64,000 bases of DNA, from assembly GCA_964631415.1 (NCBI GenBank), contig CAZVZC010000001.1:80260-144259 (forward strand), read 5' to 3'. Made by a program: the position numbers and the translations under genes. The notes beneath the pieces are model-generated. The model had not been told where the DNA came from and made no database searches. It worked only from the letters and a program-made list of their open reading frames with translations. Positions 27,257 to 37,268 of this stretch are shown piece after piece. How positions within the stretch are numbered: the first letter of the stretch is position 1; each line of letters begins with the position of its first letter. The stretch comes from an uncultured archaeon (GTDB lineage Archaea > Asgardarchaeota > Thorarchaeia > Thorarchaeales > Thorarchaeaceae).

Positions 27257-28279
27257 ATGACCTTCTCAATTCTCAGGGACGGCCCTGACATACTGAATGC
27301 ACCCGTAGAAGAGGCGGACCAGGCCGCGACAGAGGGGTTTGAGAGGAGAGTACAACACTTCGGTAGCAGTCTGCTGTGCTACAGTCCCACATCATATCCA
27401 TACAGAATCAGAGATCACAGGCAGACAACCCCTACGAATTTCATATCGCTGAGCGTCACAGGCAGAGCCTGTTCCCTGAACTGCGCTCACTGTAACGGAC
27501 GTCTTCTTAGAGGAATGGAACCAGTGCTCACCCCAGAGGCCCTCGTCAAAAGATGCAAGGAAATCAAAGCGCAAGGTGCTGAGGGCGTGCTCATCAGTGG
27601 TGGGTCTGACACTGAGGGTCATGTTCCACTCGCTCGTTTTGCTGAAGAGATCTCAACCATCAAGAAGGAGATTGGACTGAAGGTCGTCGTTCATACAGGT
27701 CTTGTGGATGACGACACTGCTAGGATTCTGGCCAAGGCGCAGGTAGATGCAGCGATGCTCGATGTGGTAGGTGACGAGCGTATAGCCAGAGAGGTATACC
27801 ACATTGAGAGCGGTCCCGCCAAGATGGACAAGTCACTTGAAGCCCTAGCAAGGAACGGTGTTCCTACCGTGCCACACGTCCTTGTCGGCCTCAACTACGG
27901 ACAACTCGGCGGCGAGCTTGAAGCGTTGCACTTGATCTCCAGGAGGGCCCCTGCTGCTGTGGTCATCATCATTCTCAGCCCTATCAAGAAAACAGCCATG
28001 GAGGGCGTCAAGCCGCCGGCACCTGCCATTGTCGGCCGTTTCATGACCATAGCTCGGCTCGGGCTGGAGAGAACTCCTCTCTTGCTGGGCTGTGCCCGAC
28101 CTATTGGAAAACACAAGATTGAGTCCGACAGGTTCGCTGTCAAGAGTGGCATGAACGGAATCGCGTACATCAGCCAAGAAGGAGTCGACCTTGCCAGAAG
28201 CATGGGCCTGAAGCCCGTGTTCAGGGATGTCTGCTGCTCACTTGTACCTCATGATCTGATACAGGCATCCTCCTCATGA
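27257..28279 (+). CDS. Radical SAM protein (BioB/LipA-like family, function unassigned)
   Basis: 'GRACSLNCAHCNG' (CxxxCxxC), 'GVLISGGS' and C-terminal 'LLLGCARP'. Confidence 0.7.
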   Translation: MTFSILRDGPDILNAPVEEADQAATEGFERRVQHFGSSLLCYSPTSYPYRIRDHRQTTPTNFISLSVTGRACSLNCAHCNGRLLRGMEPVLTPEALVKRCKEIKAQGAEGVLISGGSDTEGHVPLARFAEEISTIKKEIGLKVVVHTGLVDDDTARILAKAQVDAAMLDVVGDERIAREVYHIESGPAKMDKSLEALARNGVPTVPHVLVGLNYGQLGGELEALHLISRRAPAAVVIIILSPIKKTAMEGVKPPAPAIVGRFMTIARLGLERTPLLLGCARPIGKHKIESDRFAVKSGMNGIAYISQEGVDLARSMGLKPVFRDVCCSLVPHDLIQASSS

Positions 28280-28799
28280 TTCCGCCTGCCACTTCGTAGC
28301 CAAAGTCTAGAGCCCACATACCCAATGCAGTGGGAAAGAACGAGGGCCAAACCAAGGCGGAAAGCAGTACAGCACATTTCAGGGTGAAGCGGTACCTGAA
28401 GAAGAAATGTGCTCGGGAGTTCTGTTTCATGTCAGTCCAATCGTGACCCCGTTCATCGAATGCTGCTGCGAGCAGCAATGCCATGACCAAGACTAACCAG
28501 TTGACCCAGTTGATGACATTGGGAACTCCCCTGATAGCCAGCACGGCTCCAATGAGAAGAAAACCAATCACGAACTGTGGCTTGTTGACCTTGCCTGTGA
28601 GAAGCACGCCAATGACTATCGCGGTGAGCAAGGCCAAGTCCCATTCTGAGAGGCTCATGATCACGCCAAACAGCACGCCAGATAGGGCTAAGGGAAACCA
28701 AGCGAAACCGGGCCTGTCCAGCTCATCAAGCAGATCATCGCCCATCTTCAGAGTGAGGCCTGCCAACCAGTACATGACAAAGTAGACAATCCACCACAC
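28221..28799 (-). CDS. Polytopic membrane protein, unknown function
   Basis: About 6 hydrophobic segments. Its 3' end overlaps the radical SAM gene by 59 nt. Confidence 0.5.
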   Translation of the reverse strand: MWWIVYFVMYWLAGLTLKMGDDLLDELDRPGFAWFPLALSGVLFGVIMSLSEWDLALLTAIVIGVLLTGKVNKPQFVIGFLLIGAVLAIRGVPNVINWVNWLVLVMALLLAAAFDERGHDWTDMKQNSRAHFFFRYRFTLKCAVLLSALVWPSFFPTALGMWALDFGYEVAGGIMRRMPVSDHEVQVSSRHP

Positions 28800-28968
28800 C
28801 CTCTATCATCTCACAAGTGCCGAGATTGGAGTGGCTCCTCAGACTCACCTCAGCTTAACTATGACTCATCATTGGACTTACGTCCTAGGATAGCCTTTGG
28901 TCATCATTGGATAGTCCAAGGGACTCCTCCAAAGGAACTGAATATCCCGATAAAAGATGTTGTTGGAC

Positions 28969-29253
28969 TCAGAGAAGGGCCACGGGCGTACCCAATGCCT
29001 GTCCGGGTAGGTTAGTTCGGAACTTCGCACGGACCGCCCCACTGTTTCCATGCACGCCGAGCACCTTTCCAAGGAACTCGCTTCCTGATGCAGAAACCCA
29101 CTTGATGTCCCGACCAACAAGGACTGCGGCTCCACTCTTTGATTCGACACCATCAAACTGCAGAATGACTTGGCCATGGTGCTGGAGGTGCTTTCCTCTA
29201 CGATAGCTAATAACGACGCCCTTGCGGCCTTTCATCACATTGCTTGTAGACAT
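28969..29253 (-). CDS. rpl35ae: 50S ribosomal protein L35Ae
   Basis: 'GVVISYRRGKHLQHHGQVILQFDGVESKSGAAVLVGRDIKW...GKVLGVHGNSGAVRAKF'. Start is placed at ATG 29253. Confidence 0.85.
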   Translation of the reverse strand: MSTSNVMKGRKGVVISYRRGKHLQHHGQVILQFDGVESKSGAAVLVGRDIKWVSASGSEFLGKVLGVHGNSGAVRAKFRTNLPGQALGTPVALL

Positions 29254-29355
29254 GGCATCTCCTCGTATTGTGGGTTCCCGATGCTGCTCGCCAGACCACA
29301 TTTAAGACTTACTGAATGATAGCAGATGGCCTCTTGGCTCCACCCCTCTGCTTGA

Positions 29356-30006
29356 CTATTCGATGTCAGCACCCGCCTTCGACTTCTGACCGGTTCCCGG
29401 AGTCTTTCCACGAGCCCGTGCTTGTTCTGCGAGATGATCCAGCTCCTCACCCTTCTCCATGAGCACGTCACGTACTGACCAGCCTACGCTGTCCTCTTTC
29501 AGCGCGACTCTGAAGACTGCAAACCACTGTCGTCCATCCCGCATCGGTCCCTGCCTCAGAAGCTCATCGGTCAGTGTTCTCGCCCGGCCTATCTTGTCGA
29601 CCGATGCACTGATGTCATCGTAGATGGCTCTCTCAATCTTCGCAACGCCTGCAACACGTGAAGCTGTCTGGACTGTACTCAGGAAAGAGAGTACGACGAC
29701 AAACAGTAGGTAGGGCAGGTCTTGCACCAAGTAGTCGATAGTAGCCAAGACAATTGCTACTGCAAGGGCCAGCAGAACTAGAATGGTTTCGAGAATCAGC
29801 CCATCAAGAACGGCATTTCGTGTGGCTGACATTTGCCACCCGGAGTATTTCGAGAGTGGTGAAGATGGTTTGTGGTAGTGAGTAATGTCGTTGATGTAAC
29901 GATCGCGACCTTTCTTGGCCAACATGACCCATATTGTCTGAGCGATAAGACCCAACATGATAATGATAATGCCGAGATCCGAAACTGTCACCAGCGGCAT
30001 CTGCAT
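29356..30006 (-). CDS. Membrane protein (3 TM) with a cytoplasmic C-terminal helical domain, unknown function
   Basis: TM segments 'LGIIIIMLGLIAQTIWVML', 'LILETILVLLALAVAIVLATI' and 'LPYLLFVVVLSFLSTV'. Confidence 0.5.
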   Translation of the reverse strand: MQMPLVTVSDLGIIIIMLGLIAQTIWVMLAKKGRDRYINDITHYHKPSSPLSKYSGWQMSATRNAVLDGLILETILVLLALAVAIVLATIDYLVQDLPYLLFVVVLSFLSTVQTASRVAGVAKIERAIYDDISASVDKIGRARTLTDELLRQGPMRDGRQWFAVFRVALKEDSVGWSVRDVLMEKGEELDHLAEQARARGKTPGTGQKSKAGADIE

Positions 30007-30281
30007 GGGCTATCCGCCTCCATATCTCACGTTTAAGCGTATTGAAACACTTCAGTGGAAGATTACTTTCTGTGTTCCCTCTAGGCACCACACGTCCTCT
30101 CAGTTCCACATTGTACTCCCAGAAGGCTGAATCATGCTTAGTACACACGTTAAGACACTAGTTCTCTAGTGCGCAGGCCCGGGTTCAGCCCTCCCGGGAA
30201 GATACCCGGACCTGCGTATGCACCTGAGCCTCCACAGAATGCTTTATCACTGGTGACCGTGGCCAGACCTGATTGATCATC

Positions 30282-31217
30282 ATGGAGCGGGTACAGCACA
30301 TCGACCCCGAGAAAGACACATCCGTTGCAGGGCTTGTACGTGCCATGGAGCGGGTCGGGGTTCTTGGAGCAGGTCGACTTGGCAGGGCTGCAGCAATCAC
30401 TTCAAGAATGTTCAACGACCCCGACTGTTTCACATTCCTCTCCCTGTCTGGTCCCATGGTCCCCGGTGGGCTACGAAAGGTTGTGATGCACCTTGTCCGA
30501 AGTGGATACGTAGATGCGATTGTCACTAGCGGAGCAAACATAGTGCATGACATTGTAGAGGCATATGGCGGCGCACACTATAGAGCACAGAGTTCCACTG
30601 ATGACAAAGCTCTCCGGAGCAAGGGTCTTGGCAGGATAGGCGACATCTTGGTCCGTGAGAAGGACTTTGCGATATTCGAGAAGGGGATCTACGGCTTTCT
30701 AGACCAGCTGGACCCTCAGAAGACCGCCAGTATGGCTCCGAGCGAGTTCCTGAGAGATCTCGGGCTGACACTCTCTGATGATGAATCCATAGTGCGTCAA
30801 GCGGCCCTCAGGAGCGTGCCTATCTTCTCCCCAGGCATCATGGACTCGATGCTGGGCTTCCACATATACGCCTACAGCACAACCAAGAAGTTCACTCTGG
30901 ACTTTGTCAAAGATCTTAGAATACTCGGAGAGATAGTGCGGAAGGCGAAGAAGACTGGAGCCATTATACTGGGTGGTGGTCTCAGCAAGCACTTCACTAT
31001 GGGCTGCACAATCCTTAGGGGTGGTCTGGATCTCGCAGTTCAGATAACGCTTGACCGCCCTGAAGGAGGTAGCCTCAGTGGGGCTCCTCTTGTCGAGGGC
31101 ATTTCTTGGCAGAAGGTTCAGACAGATGCAAAGTGCGAAACGGTCATTGGTGATGCCACGATTGTCTTTCCTCTACTCGTTATAGCAGCGCTCGCCGGGC
31201 CGGAAAAGAGCACGTGA
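30282..31217 (+). CDS. dys: Deoxyhypusine synthase
   Basis: 'GAGRLGRAAAI...FLSLSGPMVPGGLRKVV...GYVDAIVTSGANIVHD...ILGGGLSKHF'. ATG at 30282; the tracked ORF starts at TTG 30273. Confidence 0.9.
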   Translation: MERVQHIDPEKDTSVAGLVRAMERVGVLGAGRLGRAAAITSRMFNDPDCFTFLSLSGPMVPGGLRKVVMHLVRSGYVDAIVTSGANIVHDIVEAYGGAHYRAQSSTDDKALRSKGLGRIGDILVREKDFAIFEKGIYGFLDQLDPQKTASMAPSEFLRDLGLTLSDDESIVRQAALRSVPIFSPGIMDSMLGFHIYAYSTTKKFTLDFVKDLRILGEIVRKAKKTGAIILGGGLSKHFTMGCTILRGGLDLAVQITLDRPEGGSLSGAPLVEGISWQKVQTDAKCETVIGDATIVFPLLVIAALAGPEKST

Positions 31218-31600
31218 AGGGTGCTACCCCTGACCACTTGGCCGCATAAAGGACAATCTCAGAGTGAGTTGAATCTGCAGGATAGCGGCCCGAGTCACTT
31301 GAAGAATCTTTGCGTTCTATTTCAATGATAAGAGGGCACCGACGGCCTCAATGTGATTTCGTACGAGTACCAAGAATACTCACAGTGTCGGGACGTCAGA
31401 CAGTCGCACTAACTGGGAGTCCTGTGTTCATATCCACATTGGAACTGACTGCCTACTCAAAGTCGGCGGACACTCATCTTCCCAGAGGCCGCCATCAAGA
31501 CGCCATCCACTCGTTCGTGCCACAACCCTTTTATTGAGTGCCAAGAGGCTCTCCCTGAGTCTGAGCAGAGAGGCCTATAGAACAGCCTCAGGTGAACGAT

Positions 31601-32143
31601 ATGGGTAAGCGTCCAGGCCGCTGTTATAGGGAATGCGATCGGCCCGCGTTTATGCGGACCCGGTATATCCACAGGCAACCAGCGTCAAAGATAGCCAGCT
31701 TTGACATGGGTGCTCCCGAGCTTGATTTTGAAGTGGAGATGTCGCTTGTCGGTATGGAGCGGTGTCAGATTAGAAACCAAGCGCTGGAGGCTGCGCGTGT
31801 AGCTGCTAACCGGTACATCACCAAGATGCTCCCTAGGGATAAGTTCCACTTGAGGGTACGTGTCAAGCCTTACCAGTGGCTTCGCGAGAACAAAATGGTC
31901 ACAGGTGCTGGGGCAGACAGAGTCCAAGACGGGATGCGAAAGGCATGGGGCAAGGTGATCGGTAGCGCGGCACGTATTCGACCCGGACAGGCCGTGATTA
32001 CGATACGAGTCGACAGAGGCCAAATCGACGTGGCTCGACTAGCACTTGAGAAGGCTGCACCAAAAATACCTACACCATGCAGGATAGTGTTTGACAAGAT
32101 CGATCCTGAGTTGAAACGCAAGCTCGGCTATGGTGCGGAGTAG
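31601..32143 (+). CDS. rpl10e: 50S ribosomal protein L10e (uL16)
   Basis: 'MGKRPGRCYRE...' N-terminus. ATG at 31601. Confidence 0.9.
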   Translation: MGKRPGRCYRECDRPAFMRTRYIHRQPASKIASFDMGAPELDFEVEMSLVGMERCQIRNQALEAARVAANRYITKMLPRDKFHLRVRVKPYQWLRENKMVTGAGADRVQDGMRKAWGKVIGSAARIRPGQAVITIRVDRGQIDVARLALEKAAPKIPTPCRIVFDKIDPELKRKLGYGAE

Positions 32144-32874
32144 TCCTCCTTCTGTTTCTCACACACGATATCCCTTAGCAGACGGGCGAAACCGGTCAGT
32201 GTGAATGCCTCCCTTCCTGTCAGATATGCCCGACCTAGCAGATTCCTGAAGACGCGCTTGGCTCTGGGTCTTCTGTGCTCCGGCATCGGCAGCCGGTCAC
32301 TCACTTCATCCATGAACTTGCAGATTTGTTCGCGCTCTTCTCTTGTCGCTGGTCGTGCCTCGCTCCGCGTTCTTTCTTTCTTGGGTGCATGTCTCATGAA
32401 GAGATCATACAGGGTGATAGCAACAGCGTGGCTCAGGTTGATACTCGGATACCTCGCAGAGGTGGGTATCGAAAAGGCCAGATCACATGCATCGACCTCC
32501 TTATTGTAGAGCCCGCAACTCTCTCTCCCAAAGACCAATGCTACACGCCCACCCAGTGATGTGGGGTCAGGCAGTTCCATCAGCGGCACGACCGCACGGG
32601 AAACGCTTAGGTTTCCGCCAGACCTTGCAGTTGCTGCCCATGCGACTTCTGAACCGGCGAGGGCCGAAGGTAAATCAGGGAAGATTTCAGCAGACTCAAG
32701 TATGTCCAAAGCGTGGACAGAGAACATCCGTGCCTGTTCATCTTGCCGGGGATCCGCACCGACTATCCGTAGGGTTGAAACCCCGTAGTTTGCCATGGCT
32801 CTCGCCACAAACCCAACGTTGCCGGGTGATTCCGGTTCGACAAGTACTATGAAGAGGCTTGGTAACTCTGTCAA
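32128..32874 (-). CDS. SpoU/TrmH-family RNA 2'-O-methyltransferase (TrmJ-like)
   Basis: 'LFIVLVEPESPGNVGFVARAMANYG' and 'FGRESCGL...IPT...PSINLSHAVAI'. Confidence 0.8.
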   Translation of the reverse strand: MTELPSLFIVLVEPESPGNVGFVARAMANYGVSTLRIVGADPRQDEQARMFSVHALDILESAEIFPDLPSALAGSEVAWAATARSGGNLSVSRAVVPLMELPDPTSLGGRVALVFGRESCGLYNKEVDACDLAFSIPTSARYPSINLSHAVAITLYDLFMRHAPKKERTRSEARPATREEREQICKFMDEVSDRLPMPEHRRPRAKRVFRNLLGRAYLTGREAFTLTGFARLLRDIVCEKQKEDYSAP

Positions 32875-32910
32875 GGCCTAGTGCCACCACAATCCAGTCT
32901 TCAAGAGGAG

Positions 32911-34086
32911 CTACCTGTGCAGAAGCTGCAGTACATCACCATCTTGAAGCGGGTAGTTCAGACCTACTTGTCTCCGCTTTATCTTGTCGTTCTCTCTCAG
33001 GATGATTGCAGAACGGAACCTCTCCACGAATAGCTGCTTGTGTATTTTCCTAGCGGCGTCTTCCACGATTGCACCCTCCGGAAGAACAATGGGCTTGGTT
33101 TCAGGCTTCTTGCCTGGAACTTTCGTGTAGATCCTTAGGATGTCAAGATGGTTGTACAGGGCCCACTTCATCGCCTCGAGGTTCTCTCCGCGGACTGCCG
33201 AAACGGGCACGATTTCAAACCTGCTGCCATACTTCGCCTTGAGCTCCTTGTATCGTGTGCTCGAATCCGTCATATCTCCCTTGGTTGCAACTATTAGTGC
33301 CCTGACATAGGCAACACTTGTATCCAAGGCGTCTATGAACTGCTGGAACGTCGCTGGTTTCTGGAATCGGACTATGACATTGACCACTTTGCGGGCCCTC
33401 AGGTACTCATACACCTCCAGTATGTCCCCTTGGTAGTTCTGAGCACCATAGACCATTTGGCCGCCCATCCCGACTCGCTCCACTCGTACTGCGGACTTCT
33501 CACGATTGAGACGAATTCTGGCCCGTTCAATCTCACCAAGAACCACATGCATTTGGGGCTCTACATCTTGAGATAGATTCACCAAGATGACAATGCAGTC
33601 CGCCCCTCGCGCCAGAGCTAATGATTGCCTGCCAATGCTTGTGTCATAGCTGCCCTCAAAGACGCCTGGCAGTTCAACCATCTGGATGTTGATGTTCTCA
33701 AACGTCATCATCGCAGGGGTCGGGACCGTTGTCACAAAGGGGTAGTCGCCGACTGCCAGACTCGCATTCGTGACTGCGTTGATTAGGGTGGACTTCCCGC
33801 TCTTGGTCATTCCAACAAGACAGACTTGTCCTGCCCCCTCTTTTCTGATGACTCCTTCCTCGCCGCCCGAGCTTCTTCGGACACGTTCAATCTCCTTCTT
33901 CTTCTCGAATTCGGCCTTGTGCCGCGCAAGCTTCTTCCTGTAGTCGGATACCATCTTCACTGCTCCCTTGTGGTGGGGAGCAAGAGCCAGAAGCTTCTCC
34001 AGTTCTATGATCCTCTGTTCTAGCGACTCTGCATCTTCATACCGTCGTCGTTGGGCCTCGAACTGGGGGGTCACATTGGTGGGCAC
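32911..34086 (-). CDS. DRG/Obg-family GTPase with a C-terminal TGS domain
   Basis: G1 'GMTKSGKSTL', 'DYPFVTT', 'ELPG' and 'ATKGD'. The C-terminal part 'VGLNYPLQDGDVLQLL' is TGS-like. Confidence 0.8.
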   Translation of the reverse strand: MPTNVTPQFEAQRRRYEDAESLEQRIIELEKLLALAPHHKGAVKMVSDYRKKLARHKAEFEKKKEIERVRRSSGGEEGVIRKEGAGQVCLVGMTKSGKSTLINAVTNASLAVGDYPFVTTVPTPAMMTFENINIQMVELPGVFEGSYDTSIGRQSLALARGADCIVILVNLSQDVEPQMHVVLGEIERARIRLNREKSAVRVERVGMGGQMVYGAQNYQGDILEVYEYLRARKVVNVIVRFQKPATFQQFIDALDTSVAYVRALIVATKGDMTDSSTRYKELKAKYGSRFEIVPVSAVRGENLEAMKWALYNHLDILRIYTKVPGKKPETKPIVLPEGAIVEDAARKIHKQLFVERFRSAIILRENDKIKRRQVGLNYPLQDGDVLQLLHR

Positions 34087-34115
34087 TCGAGGTCACACAC
34101 TCCCAAGCACGGCGT

Positions 34116-34736
34116 CTACGGATACCTCTCGCGGGGTGGTGTTATAGATGTTTCTTCTGGACTTTGCCCGACACTATCGCAATACAGGTTCACATCCAGA
34201 ATGAAGCGCTCCGGGTGAGGTGGGCGGGGAAGCAATACCATGTGGCGCTTCTCAAAGTACCGACTCAGCGTTCCTGAAACAACGTATACGAAGGTGCCGG
34301 TCTGAGAGATGCCGCTGCAGCCAGATGGCCTGTCCGACTGCGTTGCCGCGACTTGTATAGCACCTGATGGTCCCTGTTCGAGCATGTGTTCCAGATCGGT
34401 CCTCGAAACAGTAATCCCATTGTCTAGGACACGCGTGGTACCAGAGGTGACTCCTCTCAGGGCTTCTGCACCCTTCATGATGAAGAAGGAGATAGACCTC
34501 TCATCAGGTGAAACCCTCTTCATTCTGTCCCCCGGAAACGAGATAACACGAAGGTCCGTTGTATCACCCGCCAAGAGACTCATCTGGACATCTCTGCGTA
34601 TGCCATCAGATATGAAAAGTGCCACGTTCACGCATCTGCAGGCTGTCACCATCTCAGGGCAGTTAGATCCGGAAATCACCTGTGTTTGATCAACTTGCAG
34701 ATCCCCGAATCCAACAACAAAGTGGCGCTTGATCAT
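34116..34736 (-). CDS. trmY: tRNA (pseudouridine54-N1)-methyltransferase TrmY (DUF358/SPOUT)
   Basis: 'MVTACRCVNVALFISDGIRRD' matches the TrmY core as I remember it. About 200 aa. Confidence 0.65.
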   Translation of the reverse strand: MIKRHFVVGFGDLQVDQTQVISGSNCPEMVTACRCVNVALFISDGIRRDVQMSLLAGDTTDLRVISFPGDRMKRVSPDERSISFFIMKGAEALRGVTSGTTRVLDNGITVSRTDLEHMLEQGPSGAIQVAATQSDRPSGCSGISQTGTFVYVVSGTLSRYFEKRHMVLLPRPPHPERFILDVNLYCDSVGQSPEETSITPPRERYP

Positions 34737-34799
34737 CCAACCCCCTCCTTGATAGAGGGCCTGCGGCAGCTGCTCTTAGACTGGGCATCTGCATACACA

Positions 34800-36143
34800 T
34801 CAAACACCGGACAGACCCGGTATGCTTGGCAGGCCTCCTCTCCTGCCCCGCCGTGACTTCCCGAAAGCTTTCAGCATCCTCTTCATCTGTTCGTACTGCT
34901 TCAGCAGCTCTTTCACGTCACTCGCCCTTGTCCCGGATCCCATAGCAACCCGTCTGACGCGCGAGGACTTGATTAACTTCGGGTCATCGAGCTCATCTTT
35001 GGTCATCGAGTTCATGATGACTTCGAAACGTTTGAGATTCTCCTCCTGCAGCTCCGCGACATCTTCAGGCAGCTTGTACTTCAGTCCGAGCATCTCCATC
35101 ACCTTCCCTAGCGGCCCCATCTTTTTCAGCTGTTTGAGCTGTGCCATCATGTCGTTTAGGGAGAACTGCCCTTTCATGAGCCGCATCGCTGCGTCCTCAT
35201 CAACCTCTACTTGGGCCTCTTTGACCTTCTCGATTAGCCCCTTGATATCAGACATACCGAGGAGGCGACCGGCGAACTTAGTGGGGTTGAAGGGCTCAAT
35301 AGCATCTATGCCCTCTCCGACTCCTATGAATTTGATCGGAGCTTGTGTGGCTGCCACAGCTGAGAGTGCGCCACCGCCTTTCGCACTGCCGTCGAGCTTG
35401 GTGACAATGATTGAACCAATGTCAGTAGCCTTCTTGAAGGCCGAAGCTTGTACACCTGCTTGCTGCCCGAGCGTACCATCAACAACGAGGATGATCTCCT
35501 GTGGGTTGATAGCTTTCGCGATATCCTGCATCTCCTTGATCAGGCTGGTTTCCTCTCTATGTCGACCTGAAGTGTCTACGAGTATGAGTTCGACACCTCT
35601 CTTCACCATCTCCTCATAGCCGCGCTTCGCAAGCTTCACGGCATTCTTCTCGGTTTCATCGCCATAGAATGGCACGTTCGACTTCTCGGCCAGTTGCTTC
35701 AGCTGACTGAAGGCACCGAGTCGAAAGTTGTCTGCACATACCACGCCTGTCTTGATTCCCCTCTTCTGGTAGTAGCGGGCCAGCTTGCCTATAGTCGTTG
35801 TCTTCCCCGAACCTTGGATACCAACCATCATCACTAGGTTTGGCTTGCCTGGATTGATGGTCAACGGGACTGCCTTCTCTCCCAAGAAGTACGCAAGACT
35901 GTCCCAGACCACCCGAATGATGTGTTCCCTACGAGAAACGCCCCTTGGAAGCGACTCGTCCAGCGCCTGCTTCTGGACTCTTTCAGTTATCTGCATCACA
36001 AGCGCAACGTCCACATCTGCCTGCAAGAGAGCACGCTGGATGTCCTTCACCAGCTCCTTCACGAGTTCCTCGTCAATGACGCCCGCTCCAAACAGCTTCT
36101 TCAATGCCGAGTTCAGAGCCTTGCCTAGGCCGTCCAGGACCAT
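34800..36143 (-). CDS. srp54: Signal recognition particle protein SRP54
   Basis: 'GIQGSGKTTT', 'DTSGR', 'TKLDGSAKGG' and a Met-rich M domain. Confidence 0.95.
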   Translation of the reverse strand: MVLDGLGKALNSALKKLFGAGVIDEELVKELVKDIQRALLQADVDVALVMQITERVQKQALDESLPRGVSRREHIIRVVWDSLAYFLGEKAVPLTINPGKPNLVMMVGIQGSGKTTTIGKLARYYQKRGIKTGVVCADNFRLGAFSQLKQLAEKSNVPFYGDETEKNAVKLAKRGYEEMVKRGVELILVDTSGRHREETSLIKEMQDIAKAINPQEIILVVDGTLGQQAGVQASAFKKATDIGSIIVTKLDGSAKGGGALSAVAATQAPIKFIGVGEGIDAIEPFNPTKFAGRLLGMSDIKGLIEKVKEAQVEVDEDAAMRLMKGQFSLNDMMAQLKQLKKMGPLGKVMEMLGLKYKLPEDVAELQEENLKRFEVIMNSMTKDELDDPKLIKSSRVRRVAMGSGTRASDVKELLKQYEQMKRMLKAFGKSRRGRRGGLPSIPGLSGV

Positions 36144-36267
36144 CTGCTGTTCACCATTTCAGTTTCGACCACTCTGTGGGTTCAACATATCAAGCTTCGC
36201 CTCCATGTTTCGGGGCAATGCCTAAAACCCAGTGATGCTTGTCTTCGGACAGGGACAGGGTGAACAA

Positions 36268-36759
36268 ATGGCCGGAACCGAAACTGATGAGAAGCTAAGG
36301 ATTGACAAAATCAGGGATGGTACCGTGATAGATCACATCAGAGCGGGACACGCCCTTGAAGTGCTTCAAATCCTGGGTATCACGGGGAAGGAAGGAGCTA
36401 CCATAAGCCTCGCGATGAATGTCGGTAGCTCTAAGATTGGCCGCAAGGACATTCTGAAGATTGAAGCCAGAGTCCTCGGTGACGAAGAGGTTGCCAAGAT
36501 TGCACTCGTTGCTCCTGAAGCGACCATTAACATAATCCGAGAAACAAAGGTCGTGAAGAAGACCCGTGTAGAGCTTCCGGACATCATCACCAACGTTGTC
36601 AGATGCCCGAACACTCGGTGTATCACTAATCAAGAGCGCGAGCCTATCCATCCCAGATACAAAGTGGTTTCTCACTCACCGATTGAGCTGAAGTGCCTCT
36701 ACTGTTGGAGTCTTGTCAGCGGGGAAGAAATCATATCACAATTCACAGAGAAAAAATGA
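36268..36759 (+). CDS. pyrI: Aspartate carbamoyltransferase regulatory subunit PyrI
   Basis: 'LRIDKIRDGTVIDHI' and Zn domain 'CPNTRCITNQE...KCLYC'. No adjacent pyrB. Confidence 0.85.
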   Translation: MAGTETDEKLRIDKIRDGTVIDHIRAGHALEVLQILGITGKEGATISLAMNVGSSKIGRKDILKIEARVLGDEEVAKIALVAPEATINIIRETKVVKKTRVELPDIITNVVRCPNTRCITNQEREPIHPRYKVVSHSPIELKCLYCWSLVSGEEIISQFTEKK

Positions 36760-36917
36760 CCCCTTAGTATGGATGCAGACGTAGCCATCCTTGGGGACAT
36801 CCCAAGGTCCGAGGCACTGATGTGCTTCTTGGATGCATTACATCACGCGGGTGTCCCGAACCTTTTTAATGGACTGTCTGTGCAGACATGGCGTTTCCAA
36901 TGACAGAGTGAGTCCCC

Positions 36918-37241
36918 ATGGTCAGCGACAGAATCGCAATCATAGGCGACAGGGACACGGTCATCGGGTTCCGTATGGTCGGAGTCGGCGAGAGTTCGAT
37001 TCCTAGCTCTCCAGAGGAAACCAGAACAAAGCTGCTTGAGTACTTCAGAAACCCCCGTATGGGACTAATCCTCATAACGGAGCGTCTTGCCTCCGAAGTC
37101 GAAGACACAATCATCGAGCTCTCTCAGGCTCCAGTTCCTGTCATCCTGCTAATCCCGGATAGGCTGGGCCCCACGGGGACGCATGAGGTGGTTCTGAAGG
37201 AGCTGATACGTAGGGCCGTTGGTGTTGAGATCAACATGTAG
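36918..37241 (+). CDS. atpF: A/V-type ATP synthase subunit F
   Basis: 'RIAIIGDRDTVIGFRMVGV' N-terminus. 107 aa. Directly upstream of atpA. Confidence 0.8.
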   Translation: MVSDRIAIIGDRDTVIGFRMVGVGESSIPSSPEETRTKLLEYFRNPRMGLILITERLASEVEDTIIELSQAPVPVILLIPDRLGPTGTHEVVLKELIRRAVGVEINM

Positions 37242-37268
37242 TTGCGTGCCATGATAGGGTGAACGACT

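Noticed and set aside
30178-30198. tRNA T-arm-like 'CCCGGGTTCAGCCCTCCCGGG'
   Set aside because: The loop is too long (9-10 nt). No acceptor, D or anticodon arms can be built from the flanking sequence.
31218-31600. 383-nt gap between dys and rpl10e, scanned for tRNA, C/D-box sRNA or a small gene
   Set aside because: No C box (RUGAUGA) and D box (CUGA) pair occurs at sRNA spacing. No cloverleaf can be built. The 75-aa ORF at 31310-31537 has a non-protein-like composition.
34822-35619. 265-aa ORF antisense to srp54
   Set aside because: It is Ser/Pro/Ala-rich low-complexity translation. The opposite strand carries unambiguous SRP54 GTPase motifs. This is a typical shadow ORF.
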